From NCBI RefSeq assembly GCF_006345805.1, contig NW_021824030.1, positions 1 through 20,018 on the forward strand: DNA of 20,018 nt. The letters run 5' to 3'. How positions within the stretch are numbered: position 1 is the first letter of the stretch; the number at the start of each line of letters is the position of its first letter. Position numbers and translations under genes: made by a program. The stretch is from Octopus sinensis (Eukaryota). The notes under the pieces are model-generated. The model was not told the origin of the DNA, did not search any database, and saw only the letters and a program-made list of their open reading frames with translations. Shown piece after piece: positions 19,132 to 20,018 of this stretch.

Positions 19132-20018
19132 TTAGCATGAAGGGGGATGGGCCCTGCCAGGCTTTCTCGCCCTAGATACGCTGCATGGCTGCAGTGCCCC
19201 AACGCCCCCAAGGGGTTAACGGACTTGTCAATGCTAAAGAAGTATGGGTATTCTGCATATTCTAAAAACAGATACTGGTTCGCAGAGAGCTATGGTTACT
19301 GAGTATTTTTCAAAAATAGGCACAGACTGTCAGAGAGATAGAACTACCCAGTATTTTATGAAACGGACTATAGTAGAGAGCTATCTATAGTAGAAAGCGT
19401 TACGGATGGGTACTTTGTGTTTTAGGAATCGAGTTTGTCAAAGGCCAATGTGTACCCTGTATCCGGGACACAGACTATGTCAGAAACGTATGGTAGTTCA
19501 GTATCATTAAGTGTAACGAATATGAGAGAGTTTTTGGGTACTTTTTATTTTTCGGTACAACTTTTTATTTTTCGGTACAAGCGTTATGCGTGGGTATCCT
19601 GTATCTTAGGAACAGGTTATAGCATAGAGCTATGCTAGCTTCGGAATATTACAAAACATAAATGTCTGTAATTGAGATTGAGTGTTTCCAGCACAGAAAC
19701 AAAGCTGCAAAATAACTGAAAAAGAAAAAAAAAAACGAAAAGCGAAAAAAAAAAAAAAACCCCGAAAATATTCAAACACTGTTTTTCTTTTACTATTTTA
19801 TTAGTTTTTATTTTCTTCATGAAAATAATCAATTTTTATTTGCCATGCAACGATATATTTCTGCATTGCAACAGAGAACAATCATCTCACAACAAGTGAA
19901 CAGCACAAGAAAAGAAGTGCTTTTTTTTTTTTTTTCAAAATTTTATATTTGTTGTTTTTTTTTTTACATTGTTTGGTAAAAGACAAGCTTTAGCACCAGT
20001 GTCTACAGCGTTCATTAG

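Larger units (their letters stand above)
17430..19640 (+). repeat. Ancient degenerate ~48-bp minisatellite interrupted by SINEs
   Basis: Approximate unit GAGAGCTATGGGTACCCTGTATTTTTCAAAAATAGGCACAGACTGTCA. GCTATGG-like landmarks at 17483, 17535, 17584, 17633, 17716, 18285, 18335, 18383, 18431, 18479, 19289 and 19337, mostly 48-52 nt apart. Confidence 0.8.

Noticed and set aside
17430-19640. CRISPR-like periodicity
   Set aside because: There is no alternation of conserved repeat and unique spacer; whole units are degenerate copies, and the context is eukaryotic with no cas genes.

Overview
AT-rich, microsatellite-dense animal genomic DNA, not prokaryotic. The SINE families resemble those described from octopus, so a coleoid cephalopod origin is inferred from recall, not from a search. 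Only one host coding segment is well supported: an 87-nt, phase-0/phase-0 exon on the minus strand (16260-16346) encoding the first half of a cadherin EC repeat (NTKVGSVIKSVSTYDPDNGPGGSVTYSLQ, CDH23/CDHR1-like). The rest is therefore probably intron of a large cadherin gene. It holds about 14 copies or fragments of tRNA-headed SINEs with at least 4 body types, a decayed Tc1/mariner transposase, the 3' end of a CR1-group LINE, a 5'-truncated R4/Dong-like element sitting in (TAA)n, and an old ~48-bp minisatellite. Almost all ORFs in the supplied track are simple-repeat artefacts. The most interesting signals are: (1) a LINE and a SINE family sharing a 37-nt 3' end with a covarying stem-loop, a candidate LINE-SINE partnership; (2) a nested insertion hub where a SINE (TTA)n tail appears to be the landing pad for a Dong-like element; (3) a duplicated splice donor plus a perfect 16-mer 100 nt downstream of the cadherin exon. 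I found no evidence for a wholly new gene system.
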